A stretch of DNA of 57,515 nt from Thermotogota bacterium (GCA_034660555.1 JAYEJL010000057.1:1-57515); one strand, 5' to 3'. Positions 8,878 through 19,494 are shown, counted from the stretch's first letter. Translations and numbers: made by a program. The notes: generated by a model not told the origin, from the sequence alone.

Positions 8878-9837
8878 TTGCAAGTTCTTACAGTGACCCT
8901 TAACCCTGCGCTTGACAGGGAATTAATTGTTGATGATTTCAAAATCAATGAAATGCGCAGGATAAGAAATCAGAAATACTCAAAGATGGAACCCGGGGGC
9001 AAAGGTATAAATGTATCCCTGATTTTATCTGGATTGGGAATACCCAGTATTGCTATGGGATTTCTGGGAGGTTTTATTGGAGCGGTAGTTGAAAGAAGAT
9101 TAAGAGAAGCAAGCGATATAATAACCTCTCATTTTTGTTACGTAGACGAAGAAACACGTGAGAATATTGCTATCATTGACCAGGTAAATGACACCATAAC
9201 TGAGATAAATTCTTCTGGCCCTCTTATTGATGAACGAACGTTGAATATGCTAAAGAGAAGATATGAGATAACATTAAATAGAGTTAAATCTGTTGTGATA
9301 TCAGGTAGTGTTCCACCGGGGGTTCCAGAGGATTATTATGCAATGCTTGCAACTAAAGCCAAAGAAGCAGGTAAAACGGTTATAGGTGAATCAATAGGGA
9401 AGCATTTTGAAGTGGCTCTTAAAGCAGGACACTACACGGTAGCCAAACCAGATCTAAGGAGTTCAAAAGAGCTTTTAGGTAAAAAACTCAAAGAGCTTGA
9501 TGATTATGTTGAAGCTGCACAGGAAATAGTAAAATATGGAAACAAGATGGCAATAATTTCTTACGAAATTGAGGGAGACATAGTAGCCACTCAAGAAGGT
9601 GTTTGGTTAATGAAAACAAAAGCACGTATTGAACAATCACATTTGTTTGGAACAGGAGATAGTTTTGTTGCTGGTATTACATATAGTTTGATTGAAAATA
9701 AGAAAGAATTGTTGGAAGCTGCAAAGATTGGTATGGCTGCTGCAGTAACAGAAAGTAGATTTATAGGAAAAGAGTTTTTCACAGTAGAAGATATTCATAG
9801 CAATATGAATACCTTTGAAGTCAAAAGACTGAGGTGA
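8878..9837 (+). CDS. 1-phosphofructokinase-family (PfkB) hexose kinase
   Basis: TVTLNPALD, PGGKGINVS, SGSVPPG, GTGDSF; TTG start. Confidence 0.9.
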   Translation: MQVLTVTLNPALDRELIVDDFKINEMRRIRNQKYSKMEPGGKGINVSLILSGLGIPSIAMGFLGGFIGAVVERRLREASDIITSHFCYVDEETRENIAIIDQVNDTITEINSSGPLIDERTLNMLKRRYEITLNRVKSVVISGSVPPGVPEDYYAMLATKAKEAGKTVIGESIGKHFEVALKAGHYTVAKPDLRSSKELLGKKLKELDDYVEAAQEIVKYGNKMAIISYEIEGDIVATQEGVWLMKTKARIEQSHLFGTGDSFVAGITYSLIENKKELLEAAKIGMAAAVTESRFIGKEFFTVEDIHSNMNTFEVKRLR

Positions 9838-9841
9838 TCCA

Positions 9842-10297
9842 ATGAAAGTAAAAGACGCCATGATAAATGATGTATCAGCGATTTTTGAAGATGAATCTGT
9901 AGAAGATTTTGTCGTGGCATGCTTGAGAAAAATGCGAACAGGATTGCCTGTTGTTGACGAGAAATACAGAGTTATTGGTTTTATTAGTGAAAGTGATGTT
10001 ATAAAAAGCTCACTTCCAAGTTATTTTAGCTTGCTAAGAAGTGCTTCATTTATTCCGGATACACATCAATTCATGAGTAAATTAAAAGAAATCAGGAATG
10101 ACCCTGCTTCAGAGCATATGTTCTCTCCAGCCATAACCGTCAAACCAGAAGATACAACATTACACGCAGCTGATCTTCTTATAAAGAAAGGGCTTAAGAC
10201 AATACCTGTAGTGGATGATGAATCAAGGTTACTGGGTTATATCAATAGACTATACTTAATAAAAGTGGGGCTGGAGGGTAAAATAAATTCGGAATGA
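9842..10297 (+). CDS. CBS-domain pair protein
   Basis: Two CBS motifs (GLPVVDE…GFIS, IPVVDDE…GYI). Confidence 0.9.
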   Translation: MKVKDAMINDVSAIFEDESVEDFVVACLRKMRTGLPVVDEKYRVIGFISESDVIKSSLPSYFSLLRSASFIPDTHQFMSKLKEIRNDPASEHMFSPAITVKPEDTTLHAADLLIKKGLKTIPVVDDESRLLGYINRLYLIKVGLEGKINSE

Positions 10298-11580
10298 GAA
10301 AACGAATTTCTATATTTACCTTTGGATGTAAATTAAATCAGTACGAAACAGAAATTATGCGGGAGAAACTTTCGCAAAAATATAATGTTAGCCTTGAAGA
10401 AAAAAAGGCTGACCTATTTATCATTAATACCTGTACAGTGACAGCAGAGGCAGAAAGAAAAACAAGACAGCTGATTAGAAGTTTGAAGCGGGAAAATAGA
10501 GAAGCATCATTTATAGCGGTCGGATGTTACTCAAAGCTTTCACCGGAGGATTTTCAAACACTTGGTTTTGATTATGTTGGCGGAATTGATGAAAAACAAT
10601 CCATAGACGACGTTGTTGAGGCCGTTTTGAATGGTGAAGAACCTGTACTCAGAACGGAAGAACATATGATAGTAAAAAAGGGATTGGCTGACAGGACAAG
10701 AGCTTATTTGGCAATACAGGATGGCTGTATTAACAATTGTGCTTATTGTAGAATCCGTTTGGCAAGAGGAAACAGGATAAAAAGCAAAGATAGAAATTTG
10801 GTACTGGATGAATTCAGACATCTTATAGAAAACGGTTATCGAGAGATTGTACTAACAGGTGTGAATATTGGCTATTATGGTTTTGACAGAAATGATAGCC
10901 TGTTTGGGTTGCTTAAATGTTTGTCAACGGTCTCGGGAGACTGGCGGTTAAGGCTTAGTTCGCTGGATCCCAGAACGACGAGCGACGAGCTAATTTATTA
11001 TATTGCGGACCATGAAAAAATTGCGCAGCATATACATCTTTCATTGCAGAGTGGATCAAACAATGTTTTGAAACACATGAGAAGACATTATACAACTGAG
11101 CGCTACAATGCAATTGTTAATAAGTTAAGAAGCAGAAACAAGCGGTTTTCGTTTACAACGGACATAATAGTGGGTTTTCCAGGAGAAACAGAGGAAGAAT
11201 TTGAAGAAACTTGTGCCTTTGTGAGAAAGATGAATTTTTTGAAGGTGCATGTTTTCCGTTTTTCTCCAAGACCGGGCACGGAAGCTTTTTCTATGAAAAA
11301 TAAGGTTTCAGGAACAGTTAAGAAAAATAGATCCAGAGTATTAAGAGAAATAGCAGAAAAAGGCAGTCAATGCTATTTGAAAGCTCAGGTAGGCAAGAAA
11401 AGCACAGTGCTGGTTGAAACAACAAATAATGGTTTTAGTATGGGTTATGATGAGTACTACGTTCAGCATAGAATAAACGGTATACATACAGAGGGTTTTG
11501 TCAGGGTACAAATACAAAAATCCGAAAGATCGGGGGCGTTTTCGAATGCTGAATTATGTTGCGAATCGATGGAGGTCTGA
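10294..11580 (+). CDS. mtaB: tRNA t6A37 methylthiotransferase
   Basis: TFGCKLNQYE, INTCTVT, radical SAM CxxxCxxC (GCINNCAYC), HVFRFSPRPGT. Confidence 0.9.
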   Translation: MRKRISIFTFGCKLNQYETEIMREKLSQKYNVSLEEKKADLFIINTCTVTAEAERKTRQLIRSLKRENREASFIAVGCYSKLSPEDFQTLGFDYVGGIDEKQSIDDVVEAVLNGEEPVLRTEEHMIVKKGLADRTRAYLAIQDGCINNCAYCRIRLARGNRIKSKDRNLVLDEFRHLIENGYREIVLTGVNIGYYGFDRNDSLFGLLKCLSTVSGDWRLRLSSLDPRTTSDELIYYIADHEKIAQHIHLSLQSGSNNVLKHMRRHYTTERYNAIVNKLRSRNKRFSFTTDIIVGFPGETEEEFEETCAFVRKMNFLKVHVFRFSPRPGTEAFSMKNKVSGTVKKNRSRVLREIAEKGSQCYLKAQVGKKSTVLVETTNNGFSMGYDEYYVQHRINGIHTEGFVRVQIQKSERSGAFSNAELCCESMEV

Positions 11581-12391
11581 CGAAGAAAGTTTGATCAACA
11601 TCAAGGATATTGTCCCTGCCATGGGGCAGGTTGCCTATGAAGTTGTGAGAACTTACAACAGATTACCTTTTGCTTTGAAGAAGCATTACACAAGGTTGGA
11701 AAAAACGCTTGCTTTTTTCTCAATGGAACCTTCAATGAATTTTGAAGAGCTGGTTCATATTATTAATGAAGGGATAGAGAAAAATTCAGAGAAAAATGCT
11801 GATGAATTTAGAATAAGAATCGTTCAATTTCCTTCTAAAAGCATTTGTTTACTTTTCGAGAAACTTGTAACCAGTGTGCTGAAGGATATTTACGAACTTG
11901 GTGTAAGGGTTTCAATTTCTCCATATCTAAAACCATCTGGAGATATAATGCCACCTTCAATAAAGGTCTACGGATCTCCATGGATTACATTGACAAAAAA
12001 GTTGATGGCTGATAACTACGATTTAGTGTTGTTGAATGAAAAGGGCAATGTAACAGAAGGTTCCTATACGAATATTTTTCTTGTTAAGAATGAGAAATTA
12101 ATAACCCCTGATATTAGATCTGGAGTACTGCCAGGAGTAACGCGAGAAAACATTTTAAGTCTGGCCAGAGCAATGGACATCACGATTAAAGAGAGAAATG
12201 TTAAATCATGGGAATTATTTACGGCGGATGAATTGTTTTTATCCCATACAAGTATGGGACTGGTTCCGGTAAGAAAAATTGAAGATAAAGTTTTAATAGA
12301 AGATTTCACAGATGGCCTTACACGAATATTATTGGATAATTTTGAAGGTTTTGTGATGACGAGAGACGATAACTGGGAAGGTATACAATGA
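11546..12391 (+). CDS. PLP-dependent class IV aminotransferase (BCAT/D-amino-acid transaminase fold)
   Basis: YEVVRT, HYTRL, EGSYTNIF, LPGVTR, ADELFL. Confidence 0.85.
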   Translation: MLNYVANRWRSDEESLINIKDIVPAMGQVAYEVVRTYNRLPFALKKHYTRLEKTLAFFSMEPSMNFEELVHIINEGIEKNSEKNADEFRIRIVQFPSKSICLLFEKLVTSVLKDIYELGVRVSISPYLKPSGDIMPPSIKVYGSPWITLTKKLMADNYDLVLLNEKGNVTEGSYTNIFLVKNEKLITPDIRSGVLPGVTRENILSLARAMDITIKERNVKSWELFTADELFLSHTSMGLVPVRKIEDKVLIEDFTDGLTRILLDNFEGFVMTRDDNWEGIQ

Positions 12392-12687
12392 AAAAAAATT
12401 ATAAAATTATGTCAGAAGTGATGGACATACTTTCTAAAAAGAATTATATATTTAAAAATCTTAAAGTGAAGAGCACTCTTAACAAAGAATGGGAAAATAT
12501 TTTCGGAAAAACTGTCTCGAAGCATTGCAGGGTTAAAGATTTTGATAATGATCTGTTAACTATTGTTGCTGATGACGGTGTCTGGAAGTCAGAGCTTTTA
12601 TTGAGAAAAGGACAGATACTTTCAAAAATAAATAAGGCACTTGGTACCAGATTGGTTAAGAATATCAGAATAGGTTCAGGGAAATAA
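12388..12687 (+). CDS. DciA/DUF721-family protein
   Basis: W-x-x-I-F-G…W-x-S-E-L…I-L-x-K-I-N pattern, about 100 aa, directly upstream of gyrB. Confidence 0.7.
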   Translation: MKKNYKIMSEVMDILSKKNYIFKNLKVKSTLNKEWENIFGKTVSKHCRVKDFDNDLLTIVADDGVWKSELLLRKGQILSKINKALGTRLVKNIRIGSGK

Positions 12688-12750
12688 ATTGTGACTTTAA
12701 ATCATTGTAGTTGAAGTTAGTGAGATACCAGTAGACACGGAGGTGTACAA

Positions 12751-14652
12751 GTGGAAGAGAAAAAAATATATGATGCTCAGAGTATAAAGATACTAAAAGG
12801 CCTTGATCCTGTGAGAAAAAGACCGGGAATGTATATAGGTTCTACCGGAAAAGCAGGATTACATCACCTTGTATATGAGGTTCTGGATAACAGTATAGAT
12901 GAAGTTGTTGCGGGAGAATGTGATCTTATTACCATAACAATCGAAAAGGACGGAAGTGTCAGGATAACAGATAACGGAAGAGGAATTCCTGTTGATATTC
13001 ATCCTGATACGGGAAGTAGTGCGCTGGAAGTTGTTATGACTACACTTCATGCTGGTGGAAAGTTCTCCAAAGACACATACAAAATTAGCGGTGGATTGCA
13101 CGGTGTTGGAGTTTCTGTGGTAAATGCGCTTTCTGAATGGCTTGAAGTCAAGATATATCGTGATGGGAAAATATACAGACAGGTTTATGAACAGGGAAGG
13201 CCAGTAACATCTGTTGAAATAATTGGAGAAACAAAGCTTACTGGAACTGATACTTCTTTCAGACCTGATAAAAATGTTTTCAGCACTACGGATTTTGATT
13301 TTGATATTTTGGAAGCTAAGTTCAAGGAACTGGCCTATCTCAATCCCGGAGTGAAAATAACTTTTGAAGACAAAAGAATTGGAGAAAAAAGGACCTTTGA
13401 CTTTGATGGTGGAATAGTGGAATATGTCAAAGCGATAAACAAGAAAAGACGTGCTTTTAACAAAGAACCATACTATATTGAAGGCGAGTACAACGAAATA
13501 AAGGTACAACTGGCAATTCAGTTTACAAGCTCGTACGATGAGAAAATAATGACCTTTGTAAACAATGTCAAAACAGTTGAAGGTGGGACTCACCTTACTG
13601 CTTTGAAAACAGTGCTTACAAGGGTTTTTAATGATTATGCCAAGGAATTTAATATTCTTAAAAAGAAAGACGATAATCTGCATGGGGAAGACATAAGAGA
13701 AGGATTAACAGCGATTCTCAGTATTCTGATTAAAGAACCTCAATTTGAAGGGCAGACAAAGGCAAAGCTTGGAAATGAAGAAGCTTATGAAGCTGTAATA
13801 AAAGTCGTAAGAGAAAAATTGAGTGAAGTTATCGAAATGAACAAAACAGAGGTTAAATCAATCCTAAATAAGGCTCTTGAAGCAGCTAAAGCAAGATTGG
13901 CTGCGAAAAAGGCCAGAGAGATGATAAGAAGAAAAAATGTACTGGAGAACACAACACTACCAGGCAAGCTTGCAGATTGTGTTTCTCAAGACCCGGAAAA
14001 CACCGAATTGTTTATTGTTGAGGGCGATTCAGCTGGCGGTTCAGCTAAACAGGCAAGAGAAAGAGGATTTCAGGCAATTTTACCGCTGCGCGGAAAGATT
14101 CTCAATGTAGAAAAAGCTGGAATAGATAGACTGTTAAAAAATGAAACGATAAACAATATAATTGTGGCAATTGGTACTGGAATTGGTGAAGAATGTGATG
14201 TGTCAAAATTAAGATATGGGAAGATCATAATTATGACTGACGCCGATGTTGATGGAGCACATATCACGACATTATTGTTAACGCTTTTCTATCGTTATAT
14301 GACGCCGCTTATTGTAGAAGGAAAGATATATGTTGCACAGGCGCCATTGTATAAAATTGATATTGGAAAACAGAGTCATTATTTTTACACCGATGAAGGA
14401 TTGCAAAGATTCTTGAAGGAAAACAGTGATAAAAAGTATTCTTTCTCAAGATATAAAGGTCTGGGAGAAATGAATCCTGATCAGTTATGGGATACCACGA
14501 TGGATCCTTCCTCCAGAAAACTTGTACAGATACAGATGGAAGATGTCGAGGAAGCAGACAGGGTATTCACGATATTGATGGGTAGCGAAGTAGATGAGAG
14601 AAGAGATTTTATAAAAAGACATGCTCTTGCAATTACCGATCTTGATGTGTAG
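12751..14652 (+). CDS. gyrB: DNA gyrase subunit B
   Basis: VRKRPGMYIG, GGLHGVG, EGDSAGG, PLRGK, DADVDG, YKGLGEM. Confidence 0.97.
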   Translation: MEEKKIYDAQSIKILKGLDPVRKRPGMYIGSTGKAGLHHLVYEVLDNSIDEVVAGECDLITITIEKDGSVRITDNGRGIPVDIHPDTGSSALEVVMTTLHAGGKFSKDTYKISGGLHGVGVSVVNALSEWLEVKIYRDGKIYRQVYEQGRPVTSVEIIGETKLTGTDTSFRPDKNVFSTTDFDFDILEAKFKELAYLNPGVKITFEDKRIGEKRTFDFDGGIVEYVKAINKKRRAFNKEPYYIEGEYNEIKVQLAIQFTSSYDEKIMTFVNNVKTVEGGTHLTALKTVLTRVFNDYAKEFNILKKKDDNLHGEDIREGLTAILSILIKEPQFEGQTKAKLGNEEAYEAVIKVVREKLSEVIEMNKTEVKSILNKALEAAKARLAAKKAREMIRRKNVLENTTLPGKLADCVSQDPENTELFIVEGDSAGGSAKQARERGFQAILPLRGKILNVEKAGIDRLLKNETINNIIVAIGTGIGEECDVSKLRYGKIIIMTDADVDGAHITTLLLTLFYRYMTPLIVEGKIYVAQAPLYKIDIGKQSHYFYTDEGLQRFLKENSDKKYSFSRYKGLGEMNPDQLWDTTMDPSSRKLVQIQMEDVEEADRVFTILMGSEVDERRDFIKRHALAITDLDV

Positions 14653-14660
14653 TTTTCTCT

Positions 14661-15302
14661 ATGAGACGGAGAGTTTTGATACTTTTCTTTTTAATTGCGT
14701 GTCTGTGGATTCTCGGGCTGGCAAATTTTACAATTGAAGTATTCTTTACTGAAACCCGAAATAACACTTATCTGGTATATACTGAAAATGGTGATGAATA
14801 TACACTTGATTTTCCAGGGGTCTTTGTAAAGAAATGGTATGCTGATATAATAGTTCCACCAGGTATGGAGAAGCTTCCTGGCAATCGTTTGATGTTTAAA
14901 AATGCCAGGTATATATTTTATTACGGCAATGATTATTACTGGGTAAATGAATCTATTGAAATCATAGATTTTGCAAAAATTGAAGATATTAAAACAAATA
15001 TTGTATATACCGGTCTTGATTTTTTTAATAATGACGGTGTTTACTCTATCAGAAAGGATATGATAGATGGGATTCATGATATCGTTAATAAGAGTGGTTC
15101 ATTGGGCCGGGGCAATGTAACGGTATCCTATGTCGATATTAGTAATAAACGTATTGTGTTGAGAAGAGGAATAAGCGTTAGAATTTTTGATTGGGAAACA
15201 CTGGACTTAATTGATAATTCATTCTATGAGATAATTGAAAAGTCCGATGATCGTAGCGAATTTGTGCTATTTAGTGATGGTAAATTATTAAGGGTGAGGT
15301 GA
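14661..15302 (+). CDS. Bitopic membrane protein, positional FtsQ/DivIB-like candidate
   Basis: Basic N-terminus, one TM helix, beta-rich extracytoplasmic part; immediately upstream of ftsA. Confidence 0.5.
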   Translation: MRRRVLILFFLIACLWILGLANFTIEVFFTETRNNTYLVYTENGDEYTLDFPGVFVKKWYADIIVPPGMEKLPGNRLMFKNARYIFYYGNDYYWVNESIEIIDFAKIEDIKTNIVYTGLDFFNNDGVYSIRKDMIDGIHDIVNKSGSLGRGNVTVSYVDISNKRIVLRRGISVRIFDWETLDLIDNSFYEIIEKSDDRSEFVLFSDGKLLRVR

Positions 15303-15309
15303 AATAAAT

Positions 15310-16605
15310 ATGCCAAGGGGAAAAGAATATTCTGTCTCAATTGACCTGGGAACGAACACAGTTAAAGGTGTTGTTATCAGTACTGATAACACAGGACAGA
15401 TGTTTTTTGAGGCTTATGGCAGCGTTAAGGCTGTTGGTATAGACAATGGCGATGTCAAAGATGCTGTGGCCTTGAAAGCTTCGGTGCAAAAACTTATCGA
15501 TGATCTTACGGGTCAATTGGGAAAGAAGGAAATTGAAGCTGAATTTAGAATTTGTTTTACTGACGGAGAGTATTCAGTTTTTTCAGAAAATGTAGAAGAA
15601 GAGATTTCTTCGGAAGAACCCGTTCTTGTTACTCAGAATACTATTGATGGCATCATGTCAAGGATTTCACAGAACAAGCTCAAACAGGGAAATACAAATA
15701 TTCATAAGAAGTATGTAAGGAAATACATACTCGATGATGAAAAGGTTGTGTTTAATCCAGTTGACATGGAAGCAAAAAAACTGAATGTTGAGATGGTTTT
15801 TGTTTCAAGTGAGGGAAGAAGTGCAGAAGTTTTCAGAAGGCTTTTTGAAGAGTTGCTTGGTTCATCAGACTTTTTGCTGCTTCCATCACTTATTTCGAGT
15901 GCGGAAGCTGTTTTAACAGACACTGAAAAGCAGCATGGTGTGGTTTGTGTAGTGTTGGGACATGAATTCTCTGAGTTGATTATATATAAAGAGAATCTCC
16001 CTGTGCACATTTCTAGAATCCCCCTGGGCATTAAGAATATCGTTAGGGACATCGCAGTAGTTCTGGGTACATCTCAGGATGAAGCGGAGAGATTACTGGT
16101 TACAAATGGCTACGCTACAATGACTCCTCCTTCTTCAGAAAGCTCTGTTGAATACTTTGGCCTGGATGAAAGAACAAGAAAAAGGGTAACAGTTAGAAAA
16201 TTGTCTACTGTTGTCTTTGCCAGGGTGAAAGAATTGCTAAACAAGATTCGCAGAGAAGTTCAGATGTTTATGAACCAGCATCCTGAGTATTCTGAAGACG
16301 GTATACCCGGTGGAGTAGTTTTCACCGGAGGAGGAGCTAAACTTAGAGGACTAAGTGATACTGGTGTTGAATCACTAAAAATGCCTGTAAGAGTCGGTAC
16401 ATATGAGACAAGTTTTAACCCGCGCATTGAAGAAAGCGAAGATGTTTCAAATGATCCAGTTTTCAGTGCGTGCCTGGGAAATATCGTAAACGAGGAATCA
16501 AAACAGATGGGATTTTCTGAAGGGATTGCGACAGAACAAAGGAGAAGAAGCTTCGGTGACTTCATTAGATCTCTCTTCTTCGGAGGTGTTGAGGATGAGC
16601 TTTGA
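15310..16605 (+). CDS. ftsA: Cell division protein FtsA
   Basis: SIDLGT, AERL, VVFTGGGAKL actin-like motifs; C-terminal amphipathic helix FGDFIRSLF. Confidence 0.92.
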   Translation: MPRGKEYSVSIDLGTNTVKGVVISTDNTGQMFFEAYGSVKAVGIDNGDVKDAVALKASVQKLIDDLTGQLGKKEIEAEFRICFTDGEYSVFSENVEEEISSEEPVLVTQNTIDGIMSRISQNKLKQGNTNIHKKYVRKYILDDEKVVFNPVDMEAKKLNVEMVFVSSEGRSAEVFRRLFEELLGSSDFLLLPSLISSAEAVLTDTEKQHGVVCVVLGHEFSELIIYKENLPVHISRIPLGIKNIVRDIAVVLGTSQDEAERLLVTNGYATMTPPSSESSVEYFGLDERTRKRVTVRKLSTVVFARVKELLNKIRREVQMFMNQHPEYSEDGIPGGVVFTGGGAKLRGLSDTGVESLKMPVRVGTYETSFNPRIEESEDVSNDPVFSACLGNIVNEESKQMGFSEGIATEQRRRSFGDFIRSLFFGGVEDEL

Positions 16606-17641
16606 AATAAATTATGAAAAGGGAAATACAGAACCAAGATTACCCCTTATTAAAGTAATCGGCGTTGGTGGCGCTGGTGGCAATGCTATCAACAGAATGA
16701 TAACTGAGGGTATACATGGCGTTACCTTTATTGCTGCAAATACGGATGTTCAGGTTCTTAACAGTAGTGAAGCTGAGTTAAAGATACAGCTTGGAGATCA
16801 TCTGACAAGAGGACTTGGTGCTGGAGGCGATCCGAAGATCGGTGAACATGCTGCTCAAGAAAGCATTGAAGAAATAACAAAGGAATTAGAAGATACAGAT
16901 CTTCTTTTTATAACCGCCGGTATGGGAGGCGGTACAGGTACTGGAGCCGCTCCAATAATTGCATCAGTTGCCCGTGAAATGGGCATCCTTACTGTGGCAG
17001 TAGTAACTACACCATTTTTCTTTGAAGGAAATACAAGATTAAAAGTTGCATGGGAAGGTTTGAAGCAGTTGAGAACTTCTGTGGATACAATGATAAGAAT
17101 TTCCAACAATAAACTGCTGCAGGAATTACCACCCGATACCTCTATTGTTGAGGCTTTTGCAAAAGCTGATGAAACACTACATCATGGAATAAAAGGTATT
17201 TCGGAGTTGATAACAAGAAGAGGATACATAAACCTTGACTTTGCAGATGTTGAATCTGTTCTAAGAAATGCTGGAACAGCAATGCTGGGAATTGGTGTTG
17301 GCGAAGCCGACAAAAGAGCCGAAGATGCTGCAAGAGCAGCAATGGAAAGTAGATTGTTGGAGAAACCCATAGATAATGCAACTGGAATAATACTGAATGT
17401 TTCAGCCAAAAATATCACTTTAAAGGAAATGAACATCGCAGCAGCTATGGTACGGCAGAATTGTAGTGAAGAAGCCGATGTCAAGCTTGGATTAATTGTA
17501 GATCCAGAGATGAATGATGAAGAACTGCATGTAACACTTATAGCTGCAGGATTTGAAATAGAAGAAGAAATGCTTGGTGATACGCTGGATATTCCAGCGA
17601 TATACAGATTTGGACTGGACACGCAGGAGGAAGGTATGTAA
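16595..17641 (+). CDS. ftsZ: Cell division protein FtsZ
   Basis: IKVIGVGGAGGNA, GMGGGTGTG, INLDFAD, C-terminal DIPAIYR. Confidence 0.97.
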   Translation: MSFEINYEKGNTEPRLPLIKVIGVGGAGGNAINRMITEGIHGVTFIAANTDVQVLNSSEAELKIQLGDHLTRGLGAGGDPKIGEHAAQESIEEITKELEDTDLLFITAGMGGGTGTGAAPIIASVAREMGILTVAVVTTPFFFEGNTRLKVAWEGLKQLRTSVDTMIRISNNKLLQELPPDTSIVEAFAKADETLHHGIKGISELITRRGYINLDFADVESVLRNAGTAMLGIGVGEADKRAEDAARAAMESRLLEKPIDNATGIILNVSAKNITLKEMNIAAAMVRQNCSEEADVKLGLIVDPEMNDEELHVTLIAAGFEIEEEMLGDTLDIPAIYRFGLDTQEEGM

Positions 17642-17644
17642 AAA

Positions 17645-19333
17645 ATGAGGGTCTACAAAAAGCTGGGGGAGCTACTTGAAGAAAAAGGACTGATAACTCC
17701 AGATGTTCTGGACAGAGCGATTGCTGTCCAGAAAAAAGTTAATAAACCCCTTGGAGAAGTTCTCGTGGAAATGGGTATGCTTTCCTGGGATGATATCTAT
17801 CGGGCATTATCAACACAATATGATATTGAAGTTATTGATGACGTTCCCGGAGTAGTACCTCCTGAAGTTCTGAGACTTGTTCCTAGATCAGTTGCTGAAA
17901 GACTCAATGTGGTACCGTTAAACATTGAGGACAACAGGTTGGTCGTACTGACGCCAGAGGTATTGAAAGTACCTCAAATTGAGCGTGAACTGTCCTTTTT
18001 AACTGGTTTTGATATTGATGTAAAACTAACACCACCACCAAATTTTGATCCTCTATATAAATCCAATTATGAAGAAACTCCAACAAGCGAAATAATCGGG
18101 AAGAGTTTCGATCTTGATGAAATGGAGCAAGCTGAGGAAGAAACACATGAGGAAACTGATGAGGAAAAAACTCCTATAATCAGGTTCATAAATTCTTTGC
18201 TGGATAACGCTATTAAAAGTAACGCAAGCGATATTCATCTGGAACCTTATGAAAAGATAGCGGTAGCGAGATTCAGAGTGGATGGTATGCTTCGGAGAAT
18301 GCTTACATATCCTAGGAAGGCTCATAATTCAGTAGTTTCTAGGATCAAAGTTATGTGTGGACTCGATATATCTGAGCGAAGACTTCCCCAGGATGGAAAG
18401 TTTTATATAAAGCAAAGAGGAGAACAATACGACTTCAGGGTTTCAACAATGCCTTCAGTATACGGCGAAAAGGCGGTTCTTCGTATTCTAAAGGTTTCAA
18501 ATGCTACAAGTAGCCTTGATGATCTGGGACTTACTGACTTTAATATGAAACGCTTCAGAGATATGTTGAAATCCTCACATGGAATAATTCTTGTTTCGGG
18601 GCCCACAGGTAGCGGAAAATCCACTACCCTTGTTGGGGTTTTAAATGAAGTTTCATCTGAAAAGGTAAATATTATAACCGCTGAAGATCCTGTTGAATAC
18701 ACAATTGAAGGTGTAACTCAATGTCAGGTAAATGCAGAAATTGGGTTGACCTTTGCACGCTATTTGAGATCCTTCCTAAGGCAGGACCCTGATATCATAA
18801 TGGTTGGTGAAATTAGAGATAGAGAAACTGCGCAGCTTGCCATAGAGGCATCACTTACAGGGCACAAAGTATTTTCAACTATTCATACAAACAGTGCTGC
18901 AGGTGCAGTTTCAAGACTTATTAATATGGGTGTTGACAAATATCTGCTGGGTACATCTCTTGTAGGTGTTGTCAGTCAGAGACTGGTAAGAAAGCTTTGC
19001 AATAACTGTAAAAAGAAGATTCCCATGAGAGATGACATAGTAAAAGTTGCATCCAAATTGTTTCCAGAAAAAGAAGATTTCCATGAATATGTTCCTGGAT
19101 CCGGATGCGGTGAATGTCGTGGCACTGGATATCGTGGAAGAACAGCTATTATGGAAACACTAAAAGTTGATTCCAAATTGAGGGAGCTTATTTCAAAAGG
19201 TGCTTCTGATTACGAAATATCAAGAACTGCTAAAGAACAAGGAATGCTAACGATTTATGAAGATGGAATAAAAAAGGTAGTTAATGGAATAACTTCGGTA
19301 GAAGAAGTAAATAGGGTGGCCTTCGAAGCCTGA
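17645..19333 (+). CDS. PilB/GspE-family secretion ATPase with N-terminal MshEN-like domain
   Basis: KLGELL…PLGEVL N-terminus, SDIHLEP, GPTGSGKST, EDPVE, LRQDPD, tetracysteine motif. Confidence 0.92.
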   Translation: MRVYKKLGELLEEKGLITPDVLDRAIAVQKKVNKPLGEVLVEMGMLSWDDIYRALSTQYDIEVIDDVPGVVPPEVLRLVPRSVAERLNVVPLNIEDNRLVVLTPEVLKVPQIERELSFLTGFDIDVKLTPPPNFDPLYKSNYEETPTSEIIGKSFDLDEMEQAEEETHEETDEEKTPIIRFINSLLDNAIKSNASDIHLEPYEKIAVARFRVDGMLRRMLTYPRKAHNSVVSRIKVMCGLDISERRLPQDGKFYIKQRGEQYDFRVSTMPSVYGEKAVLRILKVSNATSSLDDLGLTDFNMKRFRDMLKSSHGIILVSGPTGSGKSTTLVGVLNEVSSEKVNIITAEDPVEYTIEGVTQCQVNAEIGLTFARYLRSFLRQDPDIIMVGEIRDRETAQLAIEASLTGHKVFSTIHTNSAAGAVSRLINMGVDKYLLGTSLVGVVSQRLVRKLCNNCKKKIPMRDDIVKVASKLFPEKEDFHEYVPGSGCGECRGTGYRGRTAIMETLKVDSKLRELISKGASDYEISRTAKEQGMLTIYEDGIKKVVNGITSVEEVNRVAFEA

Positions 19334-19405
19334 TTTTGTGCAATATTAAATGAGCATACTCAAATGCGAGTTGTTTCGGCTTCAATAATCGCTTTAAATA
19401 ACGAT

Positions 19406-19448
19406 TTAAAGACTCTGTTCAGGATAGAATGGAGTCTTTAATTTTGTT
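19406..19448 (+). terminator. Long hairpin with T-tract between the PilB/GspE gene and ord
   Basis: TTAAAGACTCTGTTC-aggata-GAATGGAGTCTTTAA (two G-U pairs) followed by TTTTGTT. Confidence 0.6.
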
Positions 19449-19494
19449 AATATGAAAATGAATAGAGAAACTATGTTGAAGGAGGAAATGCAAA

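Noticed and set aside
12859..13683. 274-aa antisense ORF inside gyrB, and the many other antisense ORFs in the track
   Set aside because: Fully nested opposite conserved genes, no SD or motifs; codon-bias shadows
19334..19494. ARG box or cobalamin riboswitch upstream of the ornithine operon
   Set aside because: No convincing ARG-box match and no B12-box; the short TGAGCATACTCA repeat is not significant
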